A stretch of 63,171 nucleotides of DNA, filler included, from Rhabdomonas costata (lineage: Eukaryota): NCBI GenBank assembly GCA_019059605.1. It is 27 parts of 27 records of this genome, joined end to end, with 100 filler letters (N's around TTAATTAATTAA, not from the genome) between each part and the next. Parts side by side here need not be neighbours in the genome. Positions count along the whole stretch, not along the records: positions 23,450 to 25,693 come from JAHMHO010004583.1; positions 25,794 to 28,038 come from JAHMHO010004584.1; positions 28,139 to 30,380 come from JAHMHO010004585.1; positions 30,481 to 32,723 come from JAHMHO010004586.1; positions 32,824 to 35,064 come from JAHMHO010004587.1; positions 35,165 to 37,408 come from JAHMHO010004588.1; 21 more parts are not named here. One strand, 5' to 3'. The translations under genes and the position numbers were made by a program. Positions 23,766-35,248 of this stretch are shown piece after piece. The stretch's first letter is position 1; every line of letters begins with the position of its first letter. The notes under the pieces are model-generated. The model worked only from the letters and a program-made list of their open reading frames with translations. It was not told the origin of the DNA and did no database searches.

Positions 23766-25274
23766 CAGAACGTCCTGAGCAGAGCTCTCCTGGACGTGCT
23801 TCTCGCGCTGCAGCGCCAGCCGCTTCAGCGCCGACTGCAGCGCGCCAGGGTACTCCTCCCAGGGAAGCTGTGGAAAGAAGGGGCGACAAAACGAGGGAAG
23901 AGCAAAATGGGGAAGACCCATAAAGAAGCCGAAAAGGGAACCACCACCTTGTGTTCGATGCGAGATACAGTCCACCCAAACTCATATACACACCAGTGTC
24001 TGAGATTGGGCAGATGCAAGCTCCTTTCAAACGACAGCGCTTTATTCTTGAAGTTGAGCTGGGTTGTGGCACGCCCTCCGTTGGATTCCAGACCGGACCC
24101 CAGGACCGCCCAACAGAAAGCGGGGAGGTGAGGTGAATGAGGAAGGTATGGCGAAAAAGCAGAGAGGCGGCCCCGCAAGTTAGAGAGTTTCCGTCCCTCC
24201 GTTGACCCAATCGCAGGGAAAGCAGGGAAAAGAGACTGCGGAGACCAGGCTATATGGGCCATCCCCCCCCCCCGCTATTCACTGTTGCGTAGTTGGGGGA
24301 GAGGGGGCAAAGTTCAAGGTCCACGTTTCAGGGAAAATCACAGGCCTTCCGATCGGACAGAACGCAAGGGCGAGTGTAGCCCTGCTACAGGGGTCCATTA
24401 AGGAAAAGTTGCTGAGAGATGACTGGTGACATAGAGAGGCATGGCTGTGCCTGGGGGTCTGTGTCCTCGGGCGGAGGAAGGGTGCTTCCGTCGGAGGTAG
24501 TCTGCAGGAGATACTCAGCGAGGTCCTGCTTCTTCGTGGGAGTGGCCTAAGAAAGAAAAAGGCTGCCTGTAGACCACTGTCAGAAAAGTCAAACAAACCA
24601 AGGAGATGCTCGTTGCTCCCCGCGTGGGAGATTGGACGAGACAGTATAGCATAGGAAGACAACAAAGCGAAAGAAGGAAACCGAAAAAAAAACGGGATGC
24701 AGCTGGCCCTGAAATGCAGCGTAGCACACCAGCCTTTCCTCCAGGGCGTTCAGGAAGGTCGTAATCTGCCTCTCCTTCTCGCTGCTACCGGCGATGAGCG
24801 ACGACACCGCAACCTTGGCGCCCTGCACGATGTCGTTAAGCTGAAATCGCAAGCCCGGCAAAAGCAAAAGCCAAAAGCAAACCACTGCAAACTGACAAGA
24901 CACACGTTGGAACTCACGTTGGAACCTGTACAGGGCGGGTGATGATACACTGTCCTATGCAGCAGAGCTAGTTTTAGTGCTCCGTGAAACCGGGACCATT
25001 GCAATATTGCTACCGCTGACAGAGAGCGCGTGCCCATGATGTCGACCATGCTGACCATTCCCTCATGCCCTTAGGAGTTAGGAGTTAGTTAGGAGGCGTT
25101 TTCCTGTAGAGTTCCGAGCCAATTTTTTGTTAGCTTCTGTGCTTAGCCCTGTCTGTGTCGCACCTGCTTCAGGAAGTCCACGTCGGCACGGTTGTACTCC
25201 AGCGCCACAATAAACTCCCCTCGGGCACGCTCCACGGTGTCCCGGAGCTGTGCGATCTGCTCCGCGATTTCGTC
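23766..25274 (-). CDS. Multi-exon helical/coiled-coil protein of unknown family. Exons 25274-25164, 24840-24730, ~24547-24452, 23867-23766
   Basis: DEIAEQIAQLRDTVERARGEFIVALEYNRADVDFLKQ|LNDIVQGAKVAVSSLIAGSSEKERQITTFLNALEERL|ATPTKKQDLAEYLLQ...|LPWEEYPGALQSALKRLALQREKHVQESSAQDVL. Phase-0 junctions with GTGCG/GTGTG donors. Confidence 0.6.
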
Positions 25275-26267
25275 CTGGAGCTAACCCGCCAACCCAACCC
25301 AACCCAGCAAGTGGCAACAGAACTGCGATCACATGGACAAAGGCAAATGCGGTTGCGAGAGGAAACCCAGAGGTTTAAATAACAGCACTTGCTGATGGTC
25401 AGGTTCCGTCGACAAAACCTAATTCGACCCTATGGCTGATCCCTATATATGTCTGATGATATGGATGATGGATGTAAAACTGTATTGCGAAGGAGCGCAG
25501 CGTAATCCAGTAATATGAAGGAAAGTGAAGTAATTCTCATTTCCGTGGGTGCGATCGCATTGGAAGGAAGGGATTTGAGATGTAGAAATCAGTGCAGTGA
25601 AATCCAAGGAAGTCAAAAGCTCTCCACCCACAAACGCTCTAAGAACTGCACTTTCAGAAATGAAGAGGAAGAGTACAATGACGGCCAAAAACCNNNNNNN
25701 NNNNNNNNNNNNNNNNNNNNNNNNNNNNNNNNNNNNNTTAATTAATTAANNNNNNNNNNNNNNNNNNNNNNNNNNNNNNNNNNNNNNNNNNNNAAAGTGA
25801 CTTTGCTAGTAAGCTGGGGTATGTCGCGGTCATGGTTTGAAAGGATACGTGCGTGTTACAAAGAATGCTGTGAGCTTCTCTCGCTGACTGATTCTCCCGG
25901 GAAACCCGAGATTGAGGTGGTGAACGGTGATATAATAGTGTGTTGTTATGTTGAAAAAGTTTGAGCGCTCGCGTGTGTGGAAACTCGAAAACAATCACAC
26001 ACTTCAGAAAGCATGGTGCGTCCAACCCACCTGAACTGAAACCACCGTGGGGTCACTTGCACATTCTCTGAAAATTGCTTCCTTTAAAAGTTACATTTGC
26101 GTGCCCCAATACGATATTTGAACAGTCTGTGGGCATTCCGAACAAATCCTTTACTTTCCATTGGCAGAAAACACTTGAAGGCACTTTAGCGGAACTTTAA
26201 GGGCATCGTGCCCAAGAACCATTTTGCTTTTTTTTGGTGGGGGGGGGATGTCAAATGATAGGTGTAC

Positions 26268-26749
26268 TTCTCCGTCCATTTCATAGAGCGTTTTACAGAA
26301 ATGGTTAAAAAATAAAGAAATTAAGAAATTTCACTTGTTGTTAAGAATGTAAACAGCAGCATTCTTTTTTATAAATATTTTATAAACATAAAAATAGAAC
26401 AACCAATTAATGCATGCACCTATGTTAAATGAATATTGACAGATGATGCATAAATCTGATTAATAATAATCATCTAAAGTACGTTACTCCGTAAACTCGG
26501 AACTGCACCATAACACCCTATCTTTACCTACCTTCTCAACAAACAGCCGGTTACAGAATTGATTCGCTTCAAAAGATCAATACAATCACGGAATCACCCG
26601 AAAAAAAATTGCTGGTTTAGCACATAGCATATCCCCAGACAGCGGCATTTGTACAGGCTAAAAAGACTTCGAATGGAAAACCGTCACATATCACATTCCG
26701 AGTATTGACTTACTATTTCTCCATCCATTTCATAGAGCGTTTTACAGAA
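26268..26749 (+). repeat. 33-bp direct repeat pair (26268-26300 and 26717-26749) flanking an AT-rich segment
   Basis: TTCTCC(G/A)TCCATTTCATAGAGCGTTTTACAGAA, 32/33 identical. Confidence 0.9.
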
Positions 26750-27294
26750 GAGTCTCGATCTTGGCATATGCCGGAGGGGATCATATAAAAATGGTTGGAC
26801 TGGCGTGAATATTGGGAACGGGGATAATAACTGGAACAACCCGAGAGCCAGTTAATTTTTGTAGTGCATCATTCATGTTGATCTCGATGCCACCTTTCCT
26901 CGCTCCTGAAGAAGCAGTTGAAGTCGATTAGCAATTACCCAGCAAGTGAGCCTGAACGCCTGTGCTTTAGAGTTTTCGAGATTAATTGTATCTGGATCGA
27001 CAAATACTGGGGCTGAAACTGTGTACACTGCTTTTGGCAGCCTCCCACGCCTTCCCACAGCATTCTCGACCTCTTACCATACGAAATCGTATTTCTTTTC
27101 ATCTATCGGCATGGTGTTTTGGTGATTGTTTCTTGCGTGGCTCATTTCAGCAACCACAGCAGAACCACAGCGGAACCTCGCAGCGATTACTTTCTGGACT
27201 AGGAAGACGAGTCCGGTAAATCGATGTTGTTTTCACGTCTTCACTGCATTTTCTCTGTTGTGCAGTCCCCGTCCGTTTTGTTGTTGAGGTTAAT

Positions 27295-28006
27295 ATGGCA
27301 TCTCCGTCCTCACACACTGCTGTGGGGAGAGCTGTGGCCGTGTCTGACGACCTCCAGTACATCCGCGACCAAGACTTGTACGGCTCTTTGGACAAGCTCG
27401 TTTCCTTGCTTCTCCACATCAAGCCCCCAAACTCAAAGGAGATGCTCGAGCGATTCATCAGTCAAGCCAAGCTGGACAACCCTGAGGAGTTTGAACGCTG
27501 GCAGTGCATGCGCCCCCAGAGCAGGGCCTACTTTCCCTCCTCGTCTTCCGAGTCGTTCCCGTCACATAGACGTGGGGATTCACCATCGGATGCTGCTCCA
27601 GCGGCTTCGTGGCGTAGAGGTGCGACCGATCCTCTTAGCGAGGCCGTGAAAGCTGCATGCGATTTCAACCCCATTTACCCTGCTGTTTGCAATGGCAAGA
27701 CCTTCAGCCTGGCCCACCAGGTCCACTACAAACTCCGGCTTGCCCACGTTTTTCTGCAGGAGCTGGGCGTAGATCAGCGAAATGCACTGGAGGTGAAGAC
27801 CTCTCGTGGTCATTACGATTACGCCGAGCAGACGGATGCTGAGCGGAAGAAGCTCCCTGGTCTCGCCGCCGTCCGTCTGCGTGGGCGCCTGGGATGGGCT
27901 GCTGGAAAGTCCCGAGTCCTGGAGATCTCCGCCGAGAAAGTGGAGCAGCACGTTTGCGGGATGTACGGCGAGCAGGAGTTGAAGTTTCTCCTAAGGGATT
28001 GGAAGG
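27295..28006 (+). CDS. Unknown protein with N-terminal RIIa/Dpy-30-like dimerisation-docking motif, partial
   Basis: Long uninterrupted exon from ATG 27295. LQYIRDQDLYGSLDKLVSLLLHIKPPNSKEMLERFI fits the D/D helix pattern. The 3' end is a fold-back artefact. Confidence 0.55.
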
Positions 28007-28829
28007 ACTTCAACTCCTGCTCGCCGTACACCCCACAANNNNNNNNNNNNNNNNNNNNNNNNNNNNNNNNNNNNNNNNNNNNTTAATTAATTAANNNNNN
28101 NNNNNNNNNNNNNNNNNNNNNNNNNNNNNNNNNNNNNNGTTTTTTTTGGGCGGGAATTCAGCTGGAGTTGGTGGTCGTGTCCGCAGGACGTTGTGGCATA
28201 TGCAACCACAAAGGACACGACGACCACTACATACGCTGAATTCCCGCCCAAGAAAAAGGCTTTCCACTCAAAAACTGTTCGGCATCAAGTCAACCACATA
28301 CCGTACATTTAGGTGGTCAGCAACATACAATGATCACATCACTAATGCAGAAATGTACAGAGGACTCTCATCACCAGAAGATCTGAGATCGGGGCTGACC
28401 CCTGTGATGTCGAGAAAGAGCGTTTGTTTCGGTAAGCTTCTGGTATTCCGCAGCCACCTTGCGGCGCGTCTCGAGTTTTTCCATGCTCGCCCGAAGCTTT
28501 GCCTTAATCCTGACAGCGAAGAACAAAAAGAGTCAAGTGCAGCTCAAGGTCAATGCAATTTCTGTCAGGTGACGCACCCGGAAAATTGCTCATATACTGC
28601 AGATTTCTGCCAGCGGTTGCTGGGGATACAGGCAAAACACATGCATTGGTCAAGCACAGATGAAGTTGTGCACAGTTGGGTGGGATGGGGTGGGGGGCGC
28701 ACAACGTGTCCAACTTCACTCCTTAAACAAGATCGTGGTGGTGCGTGCTACAAACTTATACAAAAAGTAGTATCGTACGGGTTCCCGAGTCCCAAAAATA
28801 ACCCAACTCACCGTACCAGTTAGACGGAC

Positions 28830-30049
28830 TTATACACAGCCGCCGTCTGATAACTGCCTTTCGGGGACGGGGACGCCCCCCTTCTCAGACCGCAAATTAT
28901 CCAAATTCACTTTTTCTAAGCCACTGTCTGCTCCCAAGCACAATCGGGGACTATGGGGTACACACCAGAACCTCCCTTCCATGACGGCGTACACCACTGC
29001 GGCCACACACACGATCCCAAAGAAGGCTAGGTACACAATCACGTGCCCACAGAACGTGGGCACCATCATCGCAATCAACGCAGTAGCCATCACAGCCAAG
29101 CTGAACAGCAGGAACACGCAGCAGCCCAGAAGCACGGGCCGCTGGCGCCCCAGCAAGCGGTTTCTTACCACCTCACCTTGCTTGGTGAGCCGCTCTGGGC
29201 AGTCCAGATACCTCAGCGTGTAAACCAGGCCTGGGTACAGAGAGCCGATCCAAGGCAATCCGACAAAAGCTAGCTACAAGACAAAAAGGGGAAGAAAGTG
29301 CAGTATCGTTGACAATAACATGCAACGACAAAATCCTCCGCTTTCATGAGGTGTGGGAGGATTCTGGACGACCTCTTCTTCTTACCTTTCCAAAGAAATG
29401 TACAAAAATGATGACCAGGAGTCAGCACGGCATACCACAGACAGAGTATCCGCCCGTGAAGCAGGTCAGGAAGTAGATCACCACGAGAAACCATGTGGGG
29501 AAGAAATTTGAACACCAGGCCGTCTGCACCAAGGGCACCGTTACTGAGAAGATCCAAATGAGAAATTGGATTCTGCATTCCCATATGGTAAGTGGGGAAA
29601 GCAATTGTGCAGTTTTTATTCTAACGCTCATGGGGCACACAAGAATTCGCACCGCTTACTATCAAAGTTAGCCCCAGCAAATAAGGGTGTTGTGAAGTGG
29701 TGTGTAAAAGAGGTGCCCGGAACGAAATTTGTCTCTTATCTGGTGCCGCGTAGGCCACGGGCACGCGCCACAAAAGCCAATGTCGTCCCGACGAGAAAGA
29801 CAGTTGTTCGCAGGAACCAATCACATAATTTCATGGCGAAACTTATTCATGACCGAAACCATTATATTTTGCACAGCACGAGTCCTCTCTGCCCCTGCGC
29901 TGTGCCGGTGAACCTGATGGAGCCTTGAACGGAACCTTCACTCTGACAGGGGTAAGCGACGCCGTGGGGGTCGGAGTCAACGTGGGAACTCCCAAGGAAA
30001 CCCACATCGCAAACAACACCAACAAGCGAAGAGCAGACATGTTTGCCAT
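28830..30049 (-). CDS. Complete three-exon gene for a 227-aa signal-peptide, multi-TM orphan protein. Exons 30049-29914, 29543-29436, 29269-28830
   Basis: 136+108+440 = 684 nt in frame from ATG to TAA across two phase-1 GT-AG introns. MANMSALRLLVLFAMWVSLG signal peptide followed by three hydrophobic segments. Confidence 0.7.
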
Positions 30050-31027
30050 ACAGAGGCAAGAAAAGCTGGGTTAGCTGCTGCTGAGAGCGGAGATGAGGGA
30101 GAGAAATGCGCCAATTCACCTTTCACGCTCTCAATGGAAAAAACGCGACGAAATTCACTTTAAATGCAAAAGCACTAAATTCATCACATCAAATCGGGTG
30201 CAAGGGAAGTGGGAGGGGGGTAACGGTTTCCAGTGGTAACAAGTGTTGGGGCATATTTCAAAAAGTTGTTATCATTCCCCCAGGTCACGTCCCCGCAGCC
30301 GCTCCGGCCGCGGCGCGGACTGGCCCTCGTTCCAAAACTAATGCTGTCCTGCTCATTCGGCCATATTCCAACCACCACCCNNNNNNNNNNNNNNNNNNNN
30401 NNNNNNNNNNNNNNNNNNNNNNNNTTAATTAATTAANNNNNNNNNNNNNNNNNNNNNNNNNNNNNNNNNNNNNNNNNNNNTTGTTGGTGGAAAGATTGAG
30501 TAAGACCAACTACGAAAAATAGCATGAGCAGGCATCACCGGAGTGGGTCACTACCACTTTAGGGGGCAATGAATGCCCGTGCAGCGCGAGGACTGGGAAC
30601 AGAAACCGTCGGCGTATGACTCTCTTAACTACTGTTGTCATGTGCAGGTTTGCTTTGCTGAAGAAACCCCCTCTGTCTTGTTGTCTTCGCGCGCATGCGA
30701 ATGAAAACTCGAAGGCAATCGCACAGCACAGAAAAAATAATCATGTCCGCACAGTTCCTTATTGTGAATTTAGAAGTGCCAAAACTCTCCATGCTTTCTC
30801 TGCTGAGTGCAGAAGCTTTCTAGATATTGGGGTAGGCGCAGCAGTAGTTTGCGCTTGTACCACTTCGTACGTCCTGTTGTACTTCGTACGTGGGGCACAG
30901 TGAGGGGGATGACATTAAATCCTGGCCTCGACTAACCAAGAGACGTACTATGTAAGCGCAGCAGGACGAGAAGAGACTCTGTGTGTGTGTGTGTGTGTGG
31001 GAGCTGCCTCACACACTCGGTGCGCAC

Positions 31028-32571
31028 CAAGCTCCACCCGCTGCCCGCGGATCTTCACCTGGGAGTCCGCTCGGCCCACCACGTGGAGGTCCCCCGCGGG
31101 GTCCAGCCAGCCCAAGTCCCCCGTAAGGTACAACCGTGCCCCTTCGCAACATAAGCGGAAAAAGACAGAGAAATGAGAGAATGAGTTAAAAAAAACAGTA
31201 AGAGAGCACAAGCGCAATCACACGCATGCCACAGATAAAAAGCGAAAACGAACTTACCAATCCACATGTAAGACCCCGATACCCACTGGAAGCCAAATAC
31301 AACCCACAATCCAAAAATTCAGCTCAACCCAGTTGGGAACTTGAAGACATTACACGCCGCTCACAACGCCTCACCCATCAATGACTTCTGAACTTCAGAT
31401 GACCAGAAGAGCGTCTCTATCCCATGGCTCATGACCATGAATCGGTTAATCGGGTATTGCCCCTTACAAGGAGATGGGCCTCTGAGCATTACAGCCAAGT
31501 GAGGGGCCTGCTTTACAAAAAACGATAACCAAGCGTCACACCGGATCACAGTTATTGCAGTGGTGATGTGTGTGCGAGATGGGATGGGGGTAACCGCACC
31601 AGAGCCGGGGTTTGCCAAGGGATGAACCACGAAGCGCTCTGCGGTGAGGTCGGGGCGGCGGAGGTAGCCCCGTCCCAGCTGCACCCCGCCCAGGCAGATC
31701 TGGCCCACAGTCCCTGTGTACGCAGAGTGCAGAGACAGAAGAGGACAGAATCACCAACAACGCGGTCCCTTTTCCCATTGACCTTGAACTGCTCGCACCG
31801 GAAGAAAAAAAAAAGAAAGGAATGAGGGGAAGGCACTGGGCTGGAAACAGACCACCCATATGCAACCACCAACCCTCCTCAGCGCAACAAACTTGTACGT
31901 GGGGGAGTATCTCACATTCTCTGAGCACAGGTTGCTAACTCTGAATATTCTATAGGTCCACTTCCCGCTGACAAAAACTCTAACCTGACGACACGTAAGT
32001 CCTTCATATTCGTTTCTTGTTTGATGAAGACATGAAAGGCTTCCTCCATTTCATTTGCAGCCGTATGCCGTATGCCGTATGCTATTCCTTTCTCGGATAA
32101 TGTGCTTGTGGTGCTGTACTGCTGAATCGCTCACAGGGTGTATTCACGTCTAGCTTTGCTTGATGAGACCCCTATTATTATTATTATGTTCGGAGGTTGT
32201 GCAACACGCTGAATTTCAAGCGCCTCAAAATTACAACCGACCCCGGAAAAACTGCGACAAAAGCCGATATGAATTTCTTTCCCTATGTATCAAAAGCAAA
32301 GTAAATGAGGATCACATCCCACCTGCTGGTACAGGGGCCATGCGCTCGTCCAACACCAGCACCTCCACCGTATCAAAGCTTCGGCCGGCATTGTCCCAGC
32401 GAAATGGGACCGCAGTGTTTGTCCCGTCGCCCCCGTGCTCCACAGCAGGAAGCCCCACCTCGGACACAGTTTGGTACACCGTGGCCTCTGTGACGCCGTA
32501 GGTGTTCAGCAAGCGCAGCCTGGGCGCATGGCGACCCCACCGGGAGAGAATCCCGGAGGTCATGGGCTCCC
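31028..32571 (-). CDS. NRPS-like adenylation (AMP-binding) domain, internal exons 32571-32323, 31713-31600, 31141-31028
   Basis: Core motifs in order: GEPM, A5 [13 protein letters not shown]6 [26 protein letters not shown]7 LYLTGDLG, A8 [17 protein letters not shown]. Phase-1 GT-AG introns. Confidence 0.92.
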
Positions 32572-33800
32572 CTATTGGGTGATTCCCACGGGATCCAACC
32601 CAACCTCCTTCAACATCGGTGTTATGGCTGCGTCCGGTTCTGTCCTCCTCATCGACTGATTTTTTGGTCCCTTTTTTCTTGTATGCATCTTTGTCTCCAT
32701 TGTTTGAAGAATATAAGAAAAAANNNNNNNNNNNNNNNNNNNNNNNNNNNNNNNNNNNNNNNNNNNNTTAATTAATTAANNNNNNNNNNNNNNNNNNNNN
32801 NNNNNNNNNNNNNNNNNNNNNNNCGAACATACCTGTCGTGTGCGTAGGTGGAGCCAGACCTGTTTGGAATGCTTTCCCGGGGCCCTTCGACCCCCTCGTT
32901 TTTCGGCGGGTTCCCGTGGTGAGCTTTGCACATCGCGGTTTCACACAAAAAACCTTTTCCTCACTGTACATCCTCCTTACCTCAACCTTCCCTTCACTGC
33001 TGTGTCTTTACCATGGGTCTCCCTCAGCCGCCATAAAAAACGTTGGGTGGAGTGACTTGGGCTCAATCGCTGGTGATTGCCGGCTTTGCTGGTGGTCGGC
33101 AGCCTTTCGTCTCGAGGCTGTACTTTCCTCTTTGTGCCATCCTTCAAATTCCTGGTTCCCTGGGCGGCTGATTTCGCCGTTGCTTTCCGTACCTCGCGTT
33201 GCGCGGTTTTTGTGTTGCTGTCTTTCTCTGCAACTTTGGGCCTTGGGTCCCACTTTCCCTCGCCGTTGTTGTGCCGCAGAGCCTTGCGCTGTGCCATCAT
33301 CGGCGCCACGTGTGTTTGGATTAGACCTACTTTTTACGTGTCATTTTACCTGTAGCCTTTTTGGCTGGTATTTTGGAGCAATCAGTTTATTGATGTAGTT
33401 TTCTGTGCTCTTCAGTCGCAAATTGGGACGTTTGCTTACTGCCTCTTGCAGGTGCGTTCGGTCTGAAAATTGGTGCCCTGAAGATTTCCCCATTTGCAGA
33501 TGCAGAGGGTGCCTTTTTTTCGTGCAACCACAGGAACCCTGCATGCAGAGAGTCGAATGCTCTCACTGCATTCTGACAGCTCTTCGTTCCTCACGACAGC
33601 GGCGTGGGCACCTACTGTCTCTACGCTCTCTCTCTCTCTCTGTTATGTTTTTCTCCTTTGTCCGCCTCTAAAATAATTCGCAGCTGACTGTTTTTTCCTG
33701 TCTCACTCGTGTCTGCTTTTCTTGGGTCCCTCGAAGATTTCGAGCTGGTGGTTGAACCCCTTCGAACCCTCACCGTTCTCATTCGTGCTACTGTCGGACA

Positions 33801-34735
33801 ATGCTGGGAGGTTTTCTTCGGCGGGATGTAAGGACAGCAGCAGCAGCTATTCTTCGGCCTCCCTTTGCGCTGGCGTGGCTCTCCACAAGGTCGACTCAGA
33901 ACTATTCCTCTGGACAAAGAATGCGCATAGGCCGTGGACCATCGCGTGGGCCTGACAGTTCAGATGCGCAGTGGGATCCGCTGCCCCACGTAGGAGAGCA
34001 GGCTGGTGTGGATAATGACCCGGAATATCACGAGGACAAAAGTGCTGAAGCCACTGGTCTGTGGGCTGTGTGGTGCTCTTTCTACTTTTTGGGTGCGTTT
34101 CCTTCGCGTCCTCAGTGTTGGCGATAAGCATTGTTTGCTCAGCAGCTCACACTCACTTTACTGAACTAAGCCTCTCAGGTTCCCACGCCGTTACAAGCCA
34201 ATAACTTTCTGCGGCACCTGCTATTGTACTGGAGCCCTCCCACAAGCCCGTTCTTCTCACGTACGTTCACGTCATGTACGTTCACTGGCCTGTTTCGCTG
34301 CTGTATTTGGCTTTGTGCCCTTTGCGGAACCCAGAACATCCTGTTATATTCTGGATTCCAGAGCTAGACATGAATAACGGATTAAGGAATAGAAGAGTGA
34401 AAGGTCAGGAAATTCTAAACCCAAGGGACCTATACAATGGAAGTTCACCAAAAGTGAAGGGATGAATATATGAGCATATATATGAGCAGGGTAGAGAGTT
34501 ATTCACGTCAGGGATAGAGTGAGCTCTGTGTCGTTTATGTCTGTTTTCTCTCTCGAAAAACAATCGTAGGAGCCGCTCATGCCCCGGATAGCTCCTCCTC
34601 TGCGGTCCAACGACCTACTGAGCGCTGCGGAATTGTGCTTCTCGTCGACGGTGATAACATGAAGGATTTTCCGCCCCACGTTATCATCGATAAGTTGGAG
34701 AAGAGGTTCCCCGGTGAGCCAATAGTGTTGGCCAG
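33801..34735 (+). CDS. NYN (LabA/DUF88, PIN-like) domain protein with mitochondrial-type presequence, 5' part. Exons 33801-34056, 34570-34735
   Basis: MLGGFLRRDVRTAAAAILRPPFALAWLSTRSTQNYSS...EAT|GAAHAPD...CGIVLLVDGDNMKDFPPHVIIDKLEKRFPGEPIVLAR. Phase-1 GTCTGT...TCGTAG intron. The second exon is absent from the ORF track. Confidence 0.7.
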
Positions 34736-35248
34736 GTATGTATTGTACACACACTTGCCCGAGGGGTGGGGGAATGAAGACTGCTTGTGAGCGCTTGTTT
34801 CGAGTTTCGGCTGGGGTTTAGTGGACCCAAAGGTAACCCCGCCGATTTTCGGTGTGAGGTGTGAGGATTGGTACAAGTCCTGAGGCACAGGAGGCTATAT
34901 AGTCTGGTAGAAGAACCCCTATAATGACAAATGAAGTCTTGTACACATAAGTCGGCCGTCAGAGAGTTGTGCTTGTGCGTACAAGACTTCATTTGTCATT
35001 ATAGGGGTTCTTCTACCAGACTATATAGCCTCCTGTGCCTCAGGACTTGTACCAACCCCCACACNNNNNNNNNNNNNNNNNNNNNNNNNNNNNNNNNNNN
35101 NNNNNNNNTTAATTAATTAANNNNNNNNNNNNNNNNNNNNNNNNNNNNNNNNNNNNNNNNNNNNTTTTTGGTTGCCATATTTTTTCACCACAATGTCTTC
35201 CTTTGCTCTCTCTCCCTCTCTTTCAGCGCGGGGGTGGGGTGCTTGTAG

